Assembly (NCBI RefSeq): GCF_015295825.1
Contig: NZ_DVEH01000027.1
Span: 1,382 to 65,381 of the forward strand
Source: Thermosynechococcus sp. M98_K2018_005
GTDB taxonomy: Bacteria; Cyanobacteriota; Cyanobacteriia; Thermosynechococcales; Thermosynechococcaceae
Direction of reading: 5' to 3'
DNA length: 64,000 nucleotides
Shown: positions 18,863 through 29,745 of the stretch, piece after piece
Numbering within the stretch: the stretch's first letter is position 1
Layout: every line of letters starts with the position of its first letter
Position numbers and translations under genes: made by a program
Notes under the pieces: generated by a model
Databases searched by the model: none
What the model was told of the DNA's origin: nothing
The model's input: only the letters and a program-made list of their open reading frames with translations

Positions 18863-20383
18863 TTAAGGTTTGATGACCAAGGCAGAAATTGCCTCCAGCG
18901 CCCCCCGCGCTTTATTCAGGGTTTCTTCGTATTCCCGTTGGGGATCGGAGTCAGCTACAATGCCAGCACCCGCTTGCACGTGAATGAGATGTTCGTCGTC
19001 AGTAAGGGGTTGCACCACCATTGTGCGAATGGCAATGGCCGTGTTGAGCTGACCTTCAAAGTCATAGTAACCATAGGCACCCGAGTAGGGGCCACGGCGG
19101 CAGCCCTCCAATTCATGAATAATCTCCATCGCCCGAATTTTGGGGGCACCACTCACTGTCCCAGCGGGGAAACAGGCTTGAAGTAAGTCCCATGCCGTTT
19201 TGTTGGGTAGTAGCTCTCCCACCACATTACTGACAATGTGCATGACATGGGAGTAGCGCTCAATCACCATAAACTCTTCAACGGTGACACTCCCTTGACG
19301 ACACACCCGCCCCAAATCATTGCGCCCCAAATCAACTAGCATGACGTGTTCGGCGACTTCTTTGGTGTCAGCGAGGAGTTCTGCGGCAAGTTGCTGATCT
19401 TCGGCATGGGTGTGCCCCCGCTTGCGAGTACCGGCAATGGGACGCACAGTGGCAAGAAGAGACCCAGTTTTTTCAGGGTGGTGCTCCGCCTTGACCATGA
19501 CTTCTGGGCTGGAGCCAATGATCTGCCACGTGCCAAATTGAAAGTAGGCCATGTAGGGAGAAGGGTTAATCAGGCGCAAGGAGCGATAGAGGGCAAAGGG
19601 ATCACCGCTGTAGGGGGCACTGAGGCGTTGGGAGAGAACGACTTGGAAAATGTCGCCGGCGCGGATGTAGTCCTTGGCACGCGCCACATTGGTACAGAAG
19701 GCTTCAGGGGTGATGTTGCTGGTGTAGCTGGGGATCTGCCGACTGGGTTGCCAGTGAAGTTGGGTGGCCTCAGCAGGAATACGGGTTTGGAGTTTGCTCA
19801 AAAGCCGCTCTAGGCGATCGCCCGCGTGGGTATAGGCCGTTTTCAAATCTGTGTTGCGGGTATCAGCATAGACCACTGCCCAAATTTTCCGCTTCACCTG
19901 ATCAAAAATCAGGATTTGATCCACCTGCATCCACACGCCGTCAGGCAAATCCTTTTCGGTAGCAGGATGAATGGGAACCCGTGGTTCAATCCACTGAATC
20001 AGTTCATAGCCCCAAAAACCAAAAAGACCGCCAATGCCCCCCGGCAGTTGTGGCAGCTTTACGGGCTGATAGGGCGCAAGGCAATTGGCCAAAATCGTGA
20101 AGGGATTGCCGGTAAATGTGGTGACCGAGCCATCGCGATGGGTTTGGGTGGTTTGGTTGCCCCGCGTTTCCAGTACCCATAGCGGATCACAACTGAGGAG
20201 GCTGTAGCGAGCCAATTGTTCACCCCCCTCGACAGACTCCAGCAAAAAGTTGTAGGGGCGATCGCGACAGACCCGATACCAAGCCGACACGGGCGTATCC
20301 ATATCCGCCACCCACTCCTGATAGATGGGGATGAAGTTCCCCTGCTCGGCAAGCTGACAAAAGGTCTGAAAATCGGGGTACAT
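18863..20383 (-). CDS. trpE: Anthranilate synthase component I
   Basis: Chorismate-binding enzyme motifs are present: LLESVEGGE, GAPKIRAMEII and RGPYSGAYGY. Length is 506 aa. Confidence 0.95.
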   Translation of the reverse strand: MYPDFQTFCQLAEQGNFIPIYQEWVADMDTPVSAWYRVCRDRPYNFLLESVEGGEQLARYSLLSCDPLWVLETRGNQTTQTHRDGSVTTFTGNPFTILANCLAPYQPVKLPQLPGGIGGLFGFWGYELIQWIEPRVPIHPATEKDLPDGVWMQVDQILIFDQVKRKIWAVVYADTRNTDLKTAYTHAGDRLERLLSKLQTRIPAEATQLHWQPSRQIPSYTSNITPEAFCTNVARAKDYIRAGDIFQVVLSQRLSAPYSGDPFALYRSLRLINPSPYMAYFQFGTWQIIGSSPEVMVKAEHHPEKTGSLLATVRPIAGTRKRGHTHAEDQQLAAELLADTKEVAEHVMLVDLGRNDLGRVCRQGSVTVEEFMVIERYSHVMHIVSNVVGELLPNKTAWDLLQACFPAGTVSGAPKIRAMEIIHELEGCRRGPYSGAYGYYDFEGQLNTAIAIRTMVVQPLTDDEHLIHVQAGAGIVADSDPQREYEETLNKARGALEAISALVIKP

Positions 20384-20416
20384 GGTCGCATCTGTGAAAG
20401 CTTTCTTATTTTCTCC

Positions 20417-21283
20417 CTAAAGGGGGGCAACAGCAATCTCGACGCTAAGGGTGAGGTGCTTCTGTGGTGGCACGTGCAGTCGATCTACTCCCGTATTCAA
20501 GGCATTGCGGGGAGCGGTCCAAGGCTCTAGACAGTAGTAGGGTTTACCCTGAACAGTCCAAAAAACAAGGGTGGTAAAGGCTGTATCGTAGCGCAGCGTC
20601 AGGCAGTACTGTTGTTGCAGATCACAGACGCGAGCCACTTGACCCGTGAGGGGGCGACAGGCCAAATCCAGTTCTGCGGCACCCCAGTCAAACGTGCCGC
20701 TAAAGGTGAGGGGTTGTTGCGTTTTCTGATCCACCATGGCATGGATTGGCAGGTCAAACTGCAGTTGGTGCTTGTCAGCAACGGCAAAGTAGGGATGCAA
20801 GCCAAAGCTAAAGGGCAAGGGGGTATCACCGGGGTTAGCTACCTCAAGGGCGATCGCCAGGGCATCAGCAGCGAGGGTGTAGGTTAAGGTCAGATGAAAG
20901 GCAAAGGGATACATTTGGCGCGTGGCTGGCGTATCTTGCAATCCTAGCTTCAAGAGATGTTCCTGCTGATCTAACACCTGCCATGGCAAATCCCGTGCAA
21001 AGCCATGCTGCTTGAGGTGATAGGTTTGGCCATAGTAGTGAAATGTATCCTCGGGCAAATTGCCACAAATCGGAAAAAGGAGCGGAATACCGCCGCGCAC
21101 GCTTAACTGCGGGTTAGCAAAGCGCTCCCGATCTAGGTACAGCAGCTCATGACCTTGCCACTGCCAGCGACTAATGAGGCCACCGCGCTCTGGGATCACT
21201 TCAACGCGAGTACGTTCGGCGTGGAGGGTATAGGGCATTACCATAGCTGGACAGGACGCCTGCTTTTTAGGATACACCCGCAA
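20417..21283 (-). CDS. Aldose 1-epimerase family protein
   Basis: Galactose mutarotase-like motifs GGIPLLFPICGN, HGFAR, GLHPYF and LEPW. Confidence 0.8.
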   Translation of the reverse strand: MRVYPKKQASCPAMVMPYTLHAERTRVEVIPERGGLISRWQWQGHELLYLDRERFANPQLSVRGGIPLLFPICGNLPEDTFHYYGQTYHLKQHGFARDLPWQVLDQQEHLLKLGLQDTPATRQMYPFAFHLTLTYTLAADALAIALEVANPGDTPLPFSFGLHPYFAVADKHQLQFDLPIHAMVDQKTQQPLTFSGTFDWGAAELDLACRPLTGQVARVCDLQQQYCLTLRYDTAFTTLVFWTVQGKPYYCLEPWTAPRNALNTGVDRLHVPPQKHLTLSVEIAVAPL

Positions 21284-21322
21284 CTACGCTAGAATAGCGG
21301 CAATGCCCTTGGAGGGAGGCCA

Positions 21323-21688
21323 ATGTCCCTAAGATTTACCCTAACCCCCACCCTACGTTTTTGGTTCAGTGTGTTGCTGGTGACTTGGTTACTGGGGCTA
21401 CTGGGGCTAGGCTGGTTAGTGCAATCCTTTCTGGTGCTGTTTTTCATCTTGATGTTGACCCCTGTGCTCCTTTTTACGGGGTTGCAACTGTGGTTTCGCT
21501 GGAAGCTGGTGACGGCGGCCTGCCCAGTGTGTGGCTTTGAATTTAGCAGTTTGAATAATACCCAAACCCAATGCCCCGCCTGCGGCGAAATCCTGATGGT
21601 GCGCGATCGCCAGTTTCAACGATTGGCTCCCCCCGGCACCATTGATGTCCAAGCAGTAGAAGTCAGTCAATCAGTGATTGAGGACTAG
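21323..21688 (+). CDS. Hypothetical membrane protein with C-terminal zinc-ribbon
   Basis: Two TM segments followed by CPVCG-x14-CPACG. Confidence 0.55.
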   Translation: MSLRFTLTPTLRFWFSVLLVTWLLGLLGLGWLVQSFLVLFFILMLTPVLLFTGLQLWFRWKLVTAACPVCGFEFSSLNNTQTQCPACGEILMVRDRQFQRLAPPGTIDVQAVEVSQSVIED

Positions 21689-21784
21689 CCACAGTGGTAT
21701 GATTAGCCCAAGTATTGTTGCTCGCTGGCAAGATGCCCGATGCGATAATCCCTATCTATGATTAGATGTGTTACAGGATGCCCT

Positions 21785-22126
21785 ATGCAACAACTTAACT
21801 TTTTAATGATATTTGTCATTGGTTTGGGCTTAGTTCTCTTTAGTATTCAAAATACGGATCCCGTTAGTATTAAGTTCTTTGAAGGGAAAGTGATTCAAGC
21901 CCCATTGTGCATTGAACTGATTGTGGCCATGGGCATGGGTGCTGTCTTTGCTTGGGTCTTTAACGTCTGGGTACAGGTGCAGCGCATCTTTACAATTCGG
22001 GTGGAAATGGAAGCCCGCGATGAGCAAATTGCCCACCTTGAGGCGGATGTGGAACGCTACAAAGCTGCCCTTGAGGAGCAACAACGCCTCTTGCCCAGTG
22101 TCAGCAGTGCCTCGACGGAAAAGTAG
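21785..22126 (+). CDS. LapA-domain (DUF1049) membrane protein
   Basis: Two TM helices (FLMIFVIGLGLVLFSIQN, IELIVAMGMGAVFAWVF) and a C-terminal coiled coil. The track start is 21758; ATG 21785 is preferred. Confidence 0.55.
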   Translation: MQQLNFLMIFVIGLGLVLFSIQNTDPVSIKFFEGKVIQAPLCIELIVAMGMGAVFAWVFNVWVQVQRIFTIRVEMEARDEQIAHLEADVERYKAALEEQQRLLPSVSSASTEK

Positions 22127-22199
22127 CCTAGAGCCTTGAAAATTCGTTAGGCTAGGAAGTAATTAACTTTTGTTATTTTGTGTTAGGTCGGCGTGTCCT

Positions 22200-22766
22200 A
22201 TGGCTACATCTCTGGCTGTTGAAAAGAAAAAGTTAAAAAATCCGCCCCTGCAATTGCACTATTTGGGCGATCGCGTGCTGCGTCAACCCGCCAAACGGGT
22301 CACTAAAGTTGATGAAAGTATTCGCGATATTGTGCGGAAAATGCTGCAAACCATGTACAGTGCTGATGGCATTGGCTTGGCGGCACCACAGGTGGGCATC
22401 AATAAGCAAATTCTCGTTATCGACATTCATCCCGATGACCCCGCAGCAGAGCCGTTGGTGATGATTAACCCCGTCATTAAGGACTTCAGTGAAGATCTTG
22501 AAGTATGCCAAGAGGGCTGCCTGAGTATTCCGGGGGTGTACCTAGAGGTGCGGCGTCCAGCCATGGTGGAGGTGGCCTACAAAGATGAGTGGGGGCGTCC
22601 CCAAGTCATTATGGCGGGGGGGCTGCTTGCCCGTGCGATCCAGCATGAAATTGATCACCTGATGGGGGTGATGTTTGTCGATCGCGTCGAAAACCAAGCG
22701 CTACTGCGCCACGAACTCAAAGAGCATGGGTTTACCGCCAGTGCCGTGCGTCCCATTGCTGCCTAA
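22200..22766 (+). CDS. def: Peptide deformylase
   Basis: Motifs GIGLAAPQVG, EGCLSIPG and HEIDHL. ATG 22200 gives a typical ~188-aa product; the track start is 22170. Confidence 0.95.
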   Translation: MATSLAVEKKKLKNPPLQLHYLGDRVLRQPAKRVTKVDESIRDIVRKMLQTMYSADGIGLAAPQVGINKQILVIDIHPDDPAAEPLVMINPVIKDFSEDLEVCQEGCLSIPGVYLEVRRPAMVEVAYKDEWGRPQVIMAGGLLARAIQHEIDHLMGVMFVDRVENQALLRHELKEHGFTASAVRPIAA

Positions 22767-22778
22767 CCCTGAGGATCA

Positions 22779-22982
22779 TTGTCTGTGGCCAAGAGTTATC
22801 TATACCTATTGGGGGCCTGTGTGGCAGCGATCGCCACGGTGGGTTGTGTCTTTGAACTCAGTTCGGGAGAAGCCCAGTTGGGAACCATCCCAACTACCGT
22901 GATCTTGCTGCTCAGTGTGCCCCTGGGTTTAGTAGCCTTTGTAATGGCGGTGCGCCTTGGCCGTGCCAGCGATCGCCCCTGA
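22779..22982 (+). CDS. Possible small two-TM membrane protein
   Basis: 67-aa ORF with a TTG start and two hydrophobic helices. It fills the def-gcvH spacer. No homology recognised. Confidence 0.3.
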   Translation: MSVAKSYLYLLGACVAAIATVGCVFELSSGEAQLGTIPTTVILLLSVPLGLVAFVMAVRLGRASDRP

Positions 22983-22998
22983 CGGATTGGAACCTGCT

Positions 22999-23382
22999 AT
23001 GACGCTCACCTACCCTGACGACCTGCAATATCTCGACAGCCATGAGTACCTGCGCCTTGAGGGCGATACGGCCACCCTCGGCATTAGTGCCTTTGCCGTC
23101 GATCAACTGGGGGATATTGTCTTCGTTGAGTTGCCTGCTGTTGGCGATGCCCTAGAACCTGGCGAACGCTTTGGCACGATTGAGTCGGTTAAGGCCGTTG
23201 AGGATCTCTATGCCCCCCTTGCAGGAACCGTGATTGAGGTCAATCAAGCAGTCATTGACAACCCCGAGCACATTGCTGCCGATCCCTACGGCAAGGGGTG
23301 GTTGGTGAAGGTGCAAGTCAGTACCCCCCCGACAGGGCTCCTCTCAGCAGCAGATTATCGTGCCCTTGTGGAAGGCGCTTAG
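22999..23382 (+). CDS. gcvH: Glycine cleavage system H protein
   Basis: Lipoyl-attachment motif ESVKAV, with HEYLRLEGD and GWLVKV. ATG 22999 gives ~127 aa. Confidence 0.95.
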   Translation: MTLTYPDDLQYLDSHEYLRLEGDTATLGISAFAVDQLGDIVFVELPAVGDALEPGERFGTIESVKAVEDLYAPLAGTVIEVNQAVIDNPEHIAADPYGKGWLVKVQVSTPPTGLLSAADYRALVEGA

Positions 23383-24318
23383 GTGGCAACGAACGCCCTG
23401 CAAGTCCTTGTAGATGGATTGGCCACGGGAAGTGTTTATGCCATCTTTGCCCTCGGTTATACCCTTGTCTTCTCAATTTTGGGCATCATCAACTTTGCCC
23501 ACGGCGCTGTTTTTGCCATTGGCGCTTATCTCACCTATGCCCTCTTGGGAGGACGCTTTGGCTTTAATGGTCTGTTGGCCAATGGACAGCTTCCCGTTGC
23601 CTTACCCTTTGTGCCGGCCTTAGTTGTGAGTGCCCTTGGCTGTGGCCTGTTGGGGGTTGGCATGGATTGGGCGGTCTTTCGACCCTTGCGGCAGCAGCGC
23701 ACCGATACCCTCTTGACCGTGGTGGCGAGTCTTGGGGCGGCTGTGCTCCTCAGCAACCTGATCCAGTATTTGGTGGGTGCCGAAGTCTATACCTATCCCG
23801 ATCAACTCTGGGGGGGATTGCCCCTCACCCTGCGATTGGGGGACATTGCCCTGCGCACTAGTCAATTTGTCATCCTTGTCGTGGCCGTGGTCTTGATGAT
23901 TGCCCTGACCTATTGGGTCAAAGGCACGCGCATGGGGAAAGGATTGCAAGCGGTGGCCGAAAATCCAACTGCCGCGACATTACTGGGGATTGATAGCGAT
24001 CGCATTATTCAAGTAACGTTTTTTGTCAGCAGTGCTCTAGCTGCTGTTGCTGGTACCCTCGTCGCCTTGAGTGTTGGGATCACGGGGCCACAGTTTGGGG
24101 TGATCTTTGGCCTCAAGGGGCTAGCGGTGATTGTGCTGGGGGGCCTAGGGAGCTTACCGGGGACGATGTTGGCGGGTTTCTTTCTGGGATTGGTGGAGGC
24201 AATGGTGCCTGCCGCTGCTTCGGGGTTTCGGGATGCTGCTGCCTTTGCGATTCTCTTTCTTGTGTTGCTTGTGCGCCCCCAAGGGCTGCTGGGTCAGTCC
24301 CCAGTGGAAAAAGTCTAA
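23383..24318 (+). CDS. Branched-chain/neutral amino acid ABC transporter permease (LivH/NatD-like)
   Basis: LivH-type N-terminus (LVDGLATGSVYAIFALGYTLVF...INFAHG) and about 8 TM segments. The GTG start lies directly after the gcvH stop. No partner permease or ATPase gene is adjacent. Confidence 0.85.
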   Translation: MATNALQVLVDGLATGSVYAIFALGYTLVFSILGIINFAHGAVFAIGAYLTYALLGGRFGFNGLLANGQLPVALPFVPALVVSALGCGLLGVGMDWAVFRPLRQQRTDTLLTVVASLGAAVLLSNLIQYLVGAEVYTYPDQLWGGLPLTLRLGDIALRTSQFVILVVAVVLMIALTYWVKGTRMGKGLQAVAENPTAATLLGIDSDRIIQVTFFVSSALAAVAGTLVALSVGITGPQFGVIFGLKGLAVIVLGGLGSLPGTMLAGFFLGLVEAMVPAAASGFRDAAAFAILFLVLLVRPQGLLGQSPVEKV

Positions 24319-24328
24319 GGCGCTTCAA

Positions 24329-26014
24329 TCAGTCATTCACTGCTGTAGCTAGAACCGTACTGCTGGCGGGCACTAATTCCACCTTCAAACTGACGCCAAA
24401 TTGGTTTTCAAAGGGTTCTTTTTTGTAGTTGACACTCCAAATTTCCAACTCACAGCGATCGCTAGGATCTGCCGGCTGCACCTGCACACAAAATTCCCGC
24501 TGCGGAGCGCGCCACTCACAGGTAATGTGATCCACAGCTCCGATTTGCCGCCGGTCCAAGGCTGAAGCCAGCCGTAGAATTGCACTGAGTTGCTCGACAA
24601 CTTGCCGTTCTCGCCGTCCCACCAATTGGCGGAAGTTCTCATGTTTTTTCTTGGGGGGGCTTTTGCGGTGATAGCGACAGAGGTTGGCAATGATCTCAAT
24701 TTCCGTATCGGTGTAGCCCAGTAAGCCACCGTGGCGCACCAGGTAGTAGGAATGTTTGTGGTGGGCGGAATGGCTGACGTAGTGGCCAGCATTGTGGAGG
24801 ATTGCCGCTGCCCAAAGGAGTTCCCGTTCCACTTCTGTCCAGTTGTGGAGGATTCCTTGGGTGCGATCAAATAGCGTCAGGGCAAAATTGGCCACCCGTT
24901 CACTGCTGGCAAGATTGACATGGAACTTTTGCGCCAAACTGTAGGTACTGCGCTGGCGGACGGAGCTTTGATAGCGGAGGCGGTCTTCAATCAGACCGTG
25001 GGTGAGCATCCAGTCCACAATGATGCCTTCCCGCAGGGCGCGATCGCAGGTAATCAGGCTGGGTTGACCCAGCATCTCCATGGCCTCAGCGAGAATCACT
25101 GCCCCCGCAACAATAATTTCTGCGCGCCGCTCCGACATCCCCAAGAGTTGACAGCGCTGGTTAAAGTTTAGTCGCCGCAATTTGGCCACAAGTGCCTTTA
25201 AGTCCTCTAGCGTCAGTTCATAGCCCCGTAGAGAGGGGGGGCAAGCACCGAGGCGATCGCAAGTGTGAATCATCATCAGGCTCTCAATCGTGCCTGAGGT
25301 ACCCACCAATTGCGGTTTTTCATGGGGGCTGAGTTGCTGCCGCAGATCTTCAACGGCACGATCCAACATTCCCCGGACGTAGGCGCGCAGGGCTGCGTAG
25401 TCCTGATCGCTAATGGGATCGCTTTTGACAAATAAATCTGTCAGACGTACTGCCCCCACCTTGGTACTGCTGAGGTAGCGGGGTTCATGCCCATCACCAA
25501 GGATTAACTCTGTGGAGCCACCGCCAATGTCAATGATAATGTGGGGCTTGCCGTTGAATTCTAGCCCCGAGAGTACCCCCAAGTAGATGCGCCGCGCTTC
25601 CTCTTCGCCGGAAATCAGATCAATGGTCAGGCCGGTCTCTTCCTTGACCCGCTCTAAAAACTCGCGACCATTGGGGGCTTCGCGCACAGCACTGGTGGCG
25701 ACGCCAATAATTTCTTCCGCCTTGAGACCCATGGCCAATTCGCGACAGCGGCGCAGGGTGGCGATCGCCCGATTCATGGCCTCTTCCGTCAGTTGCCCAG
25801 TAATTTGGCAGCGTTCCCCCAGCCGTACCATATCCTTTTCGGTAGCAATGATTTTGAAGCTGGGTAAACTGGGCTGAATTTGCACCACCACCATGTGAAT
25901 TGAGTTTGTCCCGACATCAATTGCTGCCAGAATGCGATCGCTGAGGTTCACCGGTCGCCACAGGTGGAGATGTTGTTCAGCCGTCATTGGACTTGTCATC
26001 GAGGGGACAAACAT
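24329..26014 (-). CDS. ppx: Ppx/GppA family phosphatase with C-terminal HD domain (exopolyphosphatase)
   Basis: ASKHA-fold motifs AIDVGTNSIHMVV and IIDIGGGSTE. The HD region reads LHNAGHYVSHSAHHKHSYYL. Confidence 0.9.
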   Translation of the reverse strand: MFVPSMTSPMTAEQHLHLWRPVNLSDRILAAIDVGTNSIHMVVVQIQPSLPSFKIIATEKDMVRLGERCQITGQLTEEAMNRAIATLRRCRELAMGLKAEEIIGVATSAVREAPNGREFLERVKEETGLTIDLISGEEEARRIYLGVLSGLEFNGKPHIIIDIGGGSTELILGDGHEPRYLSSTKVGAVRLTDLFVKSDPISDQDYAALRAYVRGMLDRAVEDLRQQLSPHEKPQLVGTSGTIESLMMIHTCDRLGACPPSLRGYELTLEDLKALVAKLRRLNFNQRCQLLGMSERRAEIIVAGAVILAEAMEMLGQPSLITCDRALREGIIVDWMLTHGLIEDRLRYQSSVRQRSTYSLAQKFHVNLASSERVANFALTLFDRTQGILHNWTEVERELLWAAAILHNAGHYVSHSAHHKHSYYLVRHGGLLGYTDTEIEIIANLCRYHRKSPPKKKHENFRQLVGRRERQVVEQLSAILRLASALDRRQIGAVDHITCEWRAPQREFCVQVQPADPSDRCELEIWSVNYKKEPFENQFGVSLKVELVPASSTVLATAVND

Positions 26015-26096
26015 CCCCTATGGTATCCCAACTCCAAATCTTTTCACGAGGATAGAGCAGACGCGAAAGGATGCAAGCCACGAGGTGTCTCCTATC

Positions 26097-26828
26097 TCAG
26101 AAAAGGGCTGTATTTCCTGTTAAATGATCCTTGATTTTGGCAGCAATCCGTGAGCCTAAATAGTCGGGAATGACACTGCCATTGGGGCCTAGCAGATAGA
26201 GCAACAGCCGCACCCGCCCCCGCCAAAGCATAAAGTTGACATTCACCACCAGCAATTCCTCTTGCCAAATGGCATGCATCACCTTGTAAAGCAGTGCGGG
26301 ATGATTCGCCGACTCCACCAAGAGTGCTGGTAGATGAAAGACCTGATCCTGATAAAAGCTGGTGGTAATTTGCGGCAGGCCTTCGTTGACGTTAAACTCC
26401 ATTGCCAGCATTTCCTCAACGGCAAACTCACCACTGAGGGTCTGTTGGAGGGCACGGCGCACGCTTTCACTGCGCTTTTTCGTCAGGGGTTTGCCCTGCT
26501 CTGAGAGCACCAGTTTGACAAACACCAGCATCGGTGGTCGCACATGGCCATAGAGCGAGACATTGTGAATCGTTAGCTTGTAGGCGGCCATCACCCCAAA
26601 GAGATCACTGAGCAGATAGGAGTGATTGCGGTGGGCAAAGTGGAGAACGGAGCGATCGCCTTCGGGATGAATCTGAATCACCGCCTGATTTGTCCGATGA
26701 ATTTGAAAGCCCAACTTGAGGTTTTGCAGTTGGACATCACGACCAACAAATTGCTCATAAAAGTCCGGAAAGGAGCGGTTAAACCGCTTCAGGACATCAA
26801 GGTTACGCAGTTGAAAATCGGAAACCAT
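26097..26828 (-). CDS. Conserved hypothetical protein (possibly two ACT-like halves)
   Basis: 243-aa ORF with host-like composition. The internal duplication and the ACT-like assignment are tentative. Confidence 0.5.
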   Translation of the reverse strand: MVSDFQLRNLDVLKRFNRSFPDFYEQFVGRDVQLQNLKLGFQIHRTNQAVIQIHPEGDRSVLHFAHRNHSYLLSDLFGVMAAYKLTIHNVSLYGHVRPPMLVFVKLVLSEQGKPLTKKRSESVRRALQQTLSGEFAVEEMLAMEFNVNEGLPQITTSFYQDQVFHLPALLVESANHPALLYKVMHAIWQEELLVVNVNFMLWRGRVRLLLYLLGPNGSVIPDYLGSRIAAKIKDHLTGNTALF

Positions 26829-26851
26829 GGGTGAGAGTCGCTATACTATAG

Positions 26852-27424
<573 letters not shown>

Positions 27425-27459
27425 GCTCGATAATCGATAACGTAGCCTAAATCATCGCC

Positions 27460-29745
27460 ATGAGCCAAACGCCCCTCGTCACTGAGGCTGAGATTGCTGC
27501 TGAAGGCCTCAAACCCCAAGAGTACACCGAAATTGTCCGCCGCCTTGGTCGCCATCCCAACCGCGCGGAATTGGGCATGTTTGGGGTGATGTGGTCAGAG
27601 CATTGCTGCTACAAAAACTCCCGTCCCCTGCTCAAGCAGTTTCCCACCCAAGGGCCACAGGTACTGGTCGGTCCCGGTGAGAATGCCGGCGTGGTGGACT
27701 TAGGGGATGGCTTGCGCCTTGCCTTTAAGATTGAGTCCCACAATCATCCCTCGGCCATTGAACCCTTTCAGGGAGCAGCCACTGGGGTGGGGGGGATTCT
27801 ACGGGATATTTTCACGATGGGGGCGCGTCCCATTGCCCTGCTGAACGCCTTGCGCTTTGGCGATCTCAAGGAAGCCAAAACCCAACAATTGGTGAAAGGA
27901 GTCGTGGCGGGTATTGCCCACTATGGCAACTGTGTCGGTGTGCCCACGGTGGGGGGCGAGGTTTATTTTGACCCTTGCTATGCCGGTAACCCCTTGGTGA
28001 ATGTCATGGCCTTGGGCCTCATGGAAACTCCAGAAATTGTCAAGTCGGGAGCGAGTGGCATTGGCAATCCCGTGCTGTATGTGGGCTCCACAACGGGTCG
28101 TGATGGCATGGGGGGGGCTAGTTTTGCCAGTACCGAACTCACCGATGAATCAATGAGTGATCGCCCCGCCGTCCAAGTGGGGGATCCCTTCATGGAAAAA
28201 TGCCTTATTGAAGCCTGTCTGGAAGCCTTTCAAACTGGGGCAGTGGTGGCCGCCCAAGACATGGGGGCAGCGGGCTTGACCTGCTCGACTTCGGAAATGG
28301 CTGCCAAAGGCGGTGTCGGTATTGAACTGGACTTGGACAAAGTGCCCGTACGGGAACAGGGGATGGTGCCCTACGAGTTTCTGCTTTCGGAATCCCAAGA
28401 ACGGATGCTGTTTGTGGCAGTCCAAGGGCGGGAGGCAGAATTGATTGAGATTTTCCATCGTTGGGGCTTGCAGGCGGTGGTTGTGGGTCGGGTCATTGCT
28501 GAGCCGCTAGTGCGGGTGCTTTACCGTGGCGAGGTGGCCGCAGAGGTGCCTGCCCGTGCCCTTGCTGAAGATACCCCCCTCTATGAGCGGCAGTGCCCCA
28601 GTGAGCCGCCAGCCTATGTACAACAGGCGCGGCAATGGTCAGTGGATCAATTGGCGCTACCGGCGCGATCGCCCTCGGAGATCTTGCTCACCCTGCTTGC
28701 CACCCCCAGTATTGCTTCCAAGGCATGGGTCTATCGTCAGTACGATCACGAGGTGCAAAACAACACCCTCGTCTTTCCCGGTGATGCCGATGCAGCGGTA
28801 ATTCGCCTGCGGGGTACCTCAAAAGGAATTGCGGCAACCGTGGATTGCCCCAGCCGCTATGTGTATCTGGATCCCTACGAAGGGGGCAAAGCAGCCGTGG
28901 TCGAAGCTGCCCGTAATCTTAGTTGTGTTGGGGCAGAGCCTCTGGCCGTTACCGATAACCTCAACTTTGGCAGTCCAGAAACCCCCGTAGGTTACTGGCA
29001 GTTGGCCCATGCCTGTGGGGGTCTGGCCGAGGCTTGTCGTGCCCTACACACGCCGGTTACTGGTGGTAATGTCTCCCTCTACAACGAAACGATTGATAGC
29101 AATGGCCAGCCACAGCCCATTTATCCGACCCCCGTAGTGGGGATGGTGGGGTTGATTCCCGACGTGCAGCGGGTTGTCGGTCAGGGCTGGCGATCGCCCG
29201 GAGATGCCATTTACCTATTGGGGTTGCCTCTGACCACGCCCTTGAGTGATCCGCGCCTGAGCCTGGGCGGGTCGGAATACCTTGCCCAGATCCATGGCCT
29301 TGTGGCGGGTCGTCCGCCTCAAATTGATTTAGACCTAGAGCAGCGAGTGCAGGCGGTGTGTCGCTATGGCATTCAGCAGGGGTGGATTGCCAGTGCCCAC
29401 GATCTCAGTGAGGGGGGGTTGGCCGTGGCCTTGGCAGAAAGCTGTCTCAGTGGCCAACGGGGGGCAACGATTCAATTGCCAGCGGGTACCTATCCGCGGT
29501 GGGATGTGCTACTGTTTGCTGAAGGGGGGGCGCGCATTCTGGTTTCTGTGCCGCCAACGGAACAGACGGTGTGGGAAGCCTATGTGCAAGCGCAACTGCC
29601 CAATGCTTGGACACGCCTAGGGGTTGTTAATGGTGAATATACAGAACTGTGTATTGACACCTGTGACAATTCTCCGCTCATCAAGGTTACGATGGAAGAG
29701 TTAGCTCTTGCGTGGCGATCGCCCCTGCCGAAGTATTTGGATTAA
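27460..29745 (+). CDS. purL: Phosphoribosylformylglycinamidine synthase subunit II
   Basis: PurL motifs [16 protein letters not shown] and GGILRDIF. Length is 761 aa. Confidence 0.95.
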   Translation: MSQTPLVTEAEIAAEGLKPQEYTEIVRRLGRHPNRAELGMFGVMWSEHCCYKNSRPLLKQFPTQGPQVLVGPGENAGVVDLGDGLRLAFKIESHNHPSAIEPFQGAATGVGGILRDIFTMGARPIALLNALRFGDLKEAKTQQLVKGVVAGIAHYGNCVGVPTVGGEVYFDPCYAGNPLVNVMALGLMETPEIVKSGASGIGNPVLYVGSTTGRDGMGGASFASTELTDESMSDRPAVQVGDPFMEKCLIEACLEAFQTGAVVAAQDMGAAGLTCSTSEMAAKGGVGIELDLDKVPVREQGMVPYEFLLSESQERMLFVAVQGREAELIEIFHRWGLQAVVVGRVIAEPLVRVLYRGEVAAEVPARALAEDTPLYERQCPSEPPAYVQQARQWSVDQLALPARSPSEILLTLLATPSIASKAWVYRQYDHEVQNNTLVFPGDADAAVIRLRGTSKGIAATVDCPSRYVYLDPYEGGKAAVVEAARNLSCVGAEPLAVTDNLNFGSPETPVGYWQLAHACGGLAEACRALHTPVTGGNVSLYNETIDSNGQPQPIYPTPVVGMVGLIPDVQRVVGQGWRSPGDAIYLLGLPLTTPLSDPRLSLGGSEYLAQIHGLVAGRPPQIDLDLEQRVQAVCRYGIQQGWIASAHDLSEGGLAVALAESCLSGQRGATIQLPAGTYPRWDVLLFAEGGARILVSVPPTEQTVWEAYVQAQLPNAWTRLGVVNGEYTELCIDTCDNSPLIKVTMEELALAWRSPLPKYLD

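Noticed and set aside
22767-22998. Looked for a glycine riboswitch upstream of gcvH.
   Set aside because: None of the conserved GGAGAG...CACCG...GGGGCAA-type core elements is visible. The spacer is instead occupied by a possible small membrane ORF.
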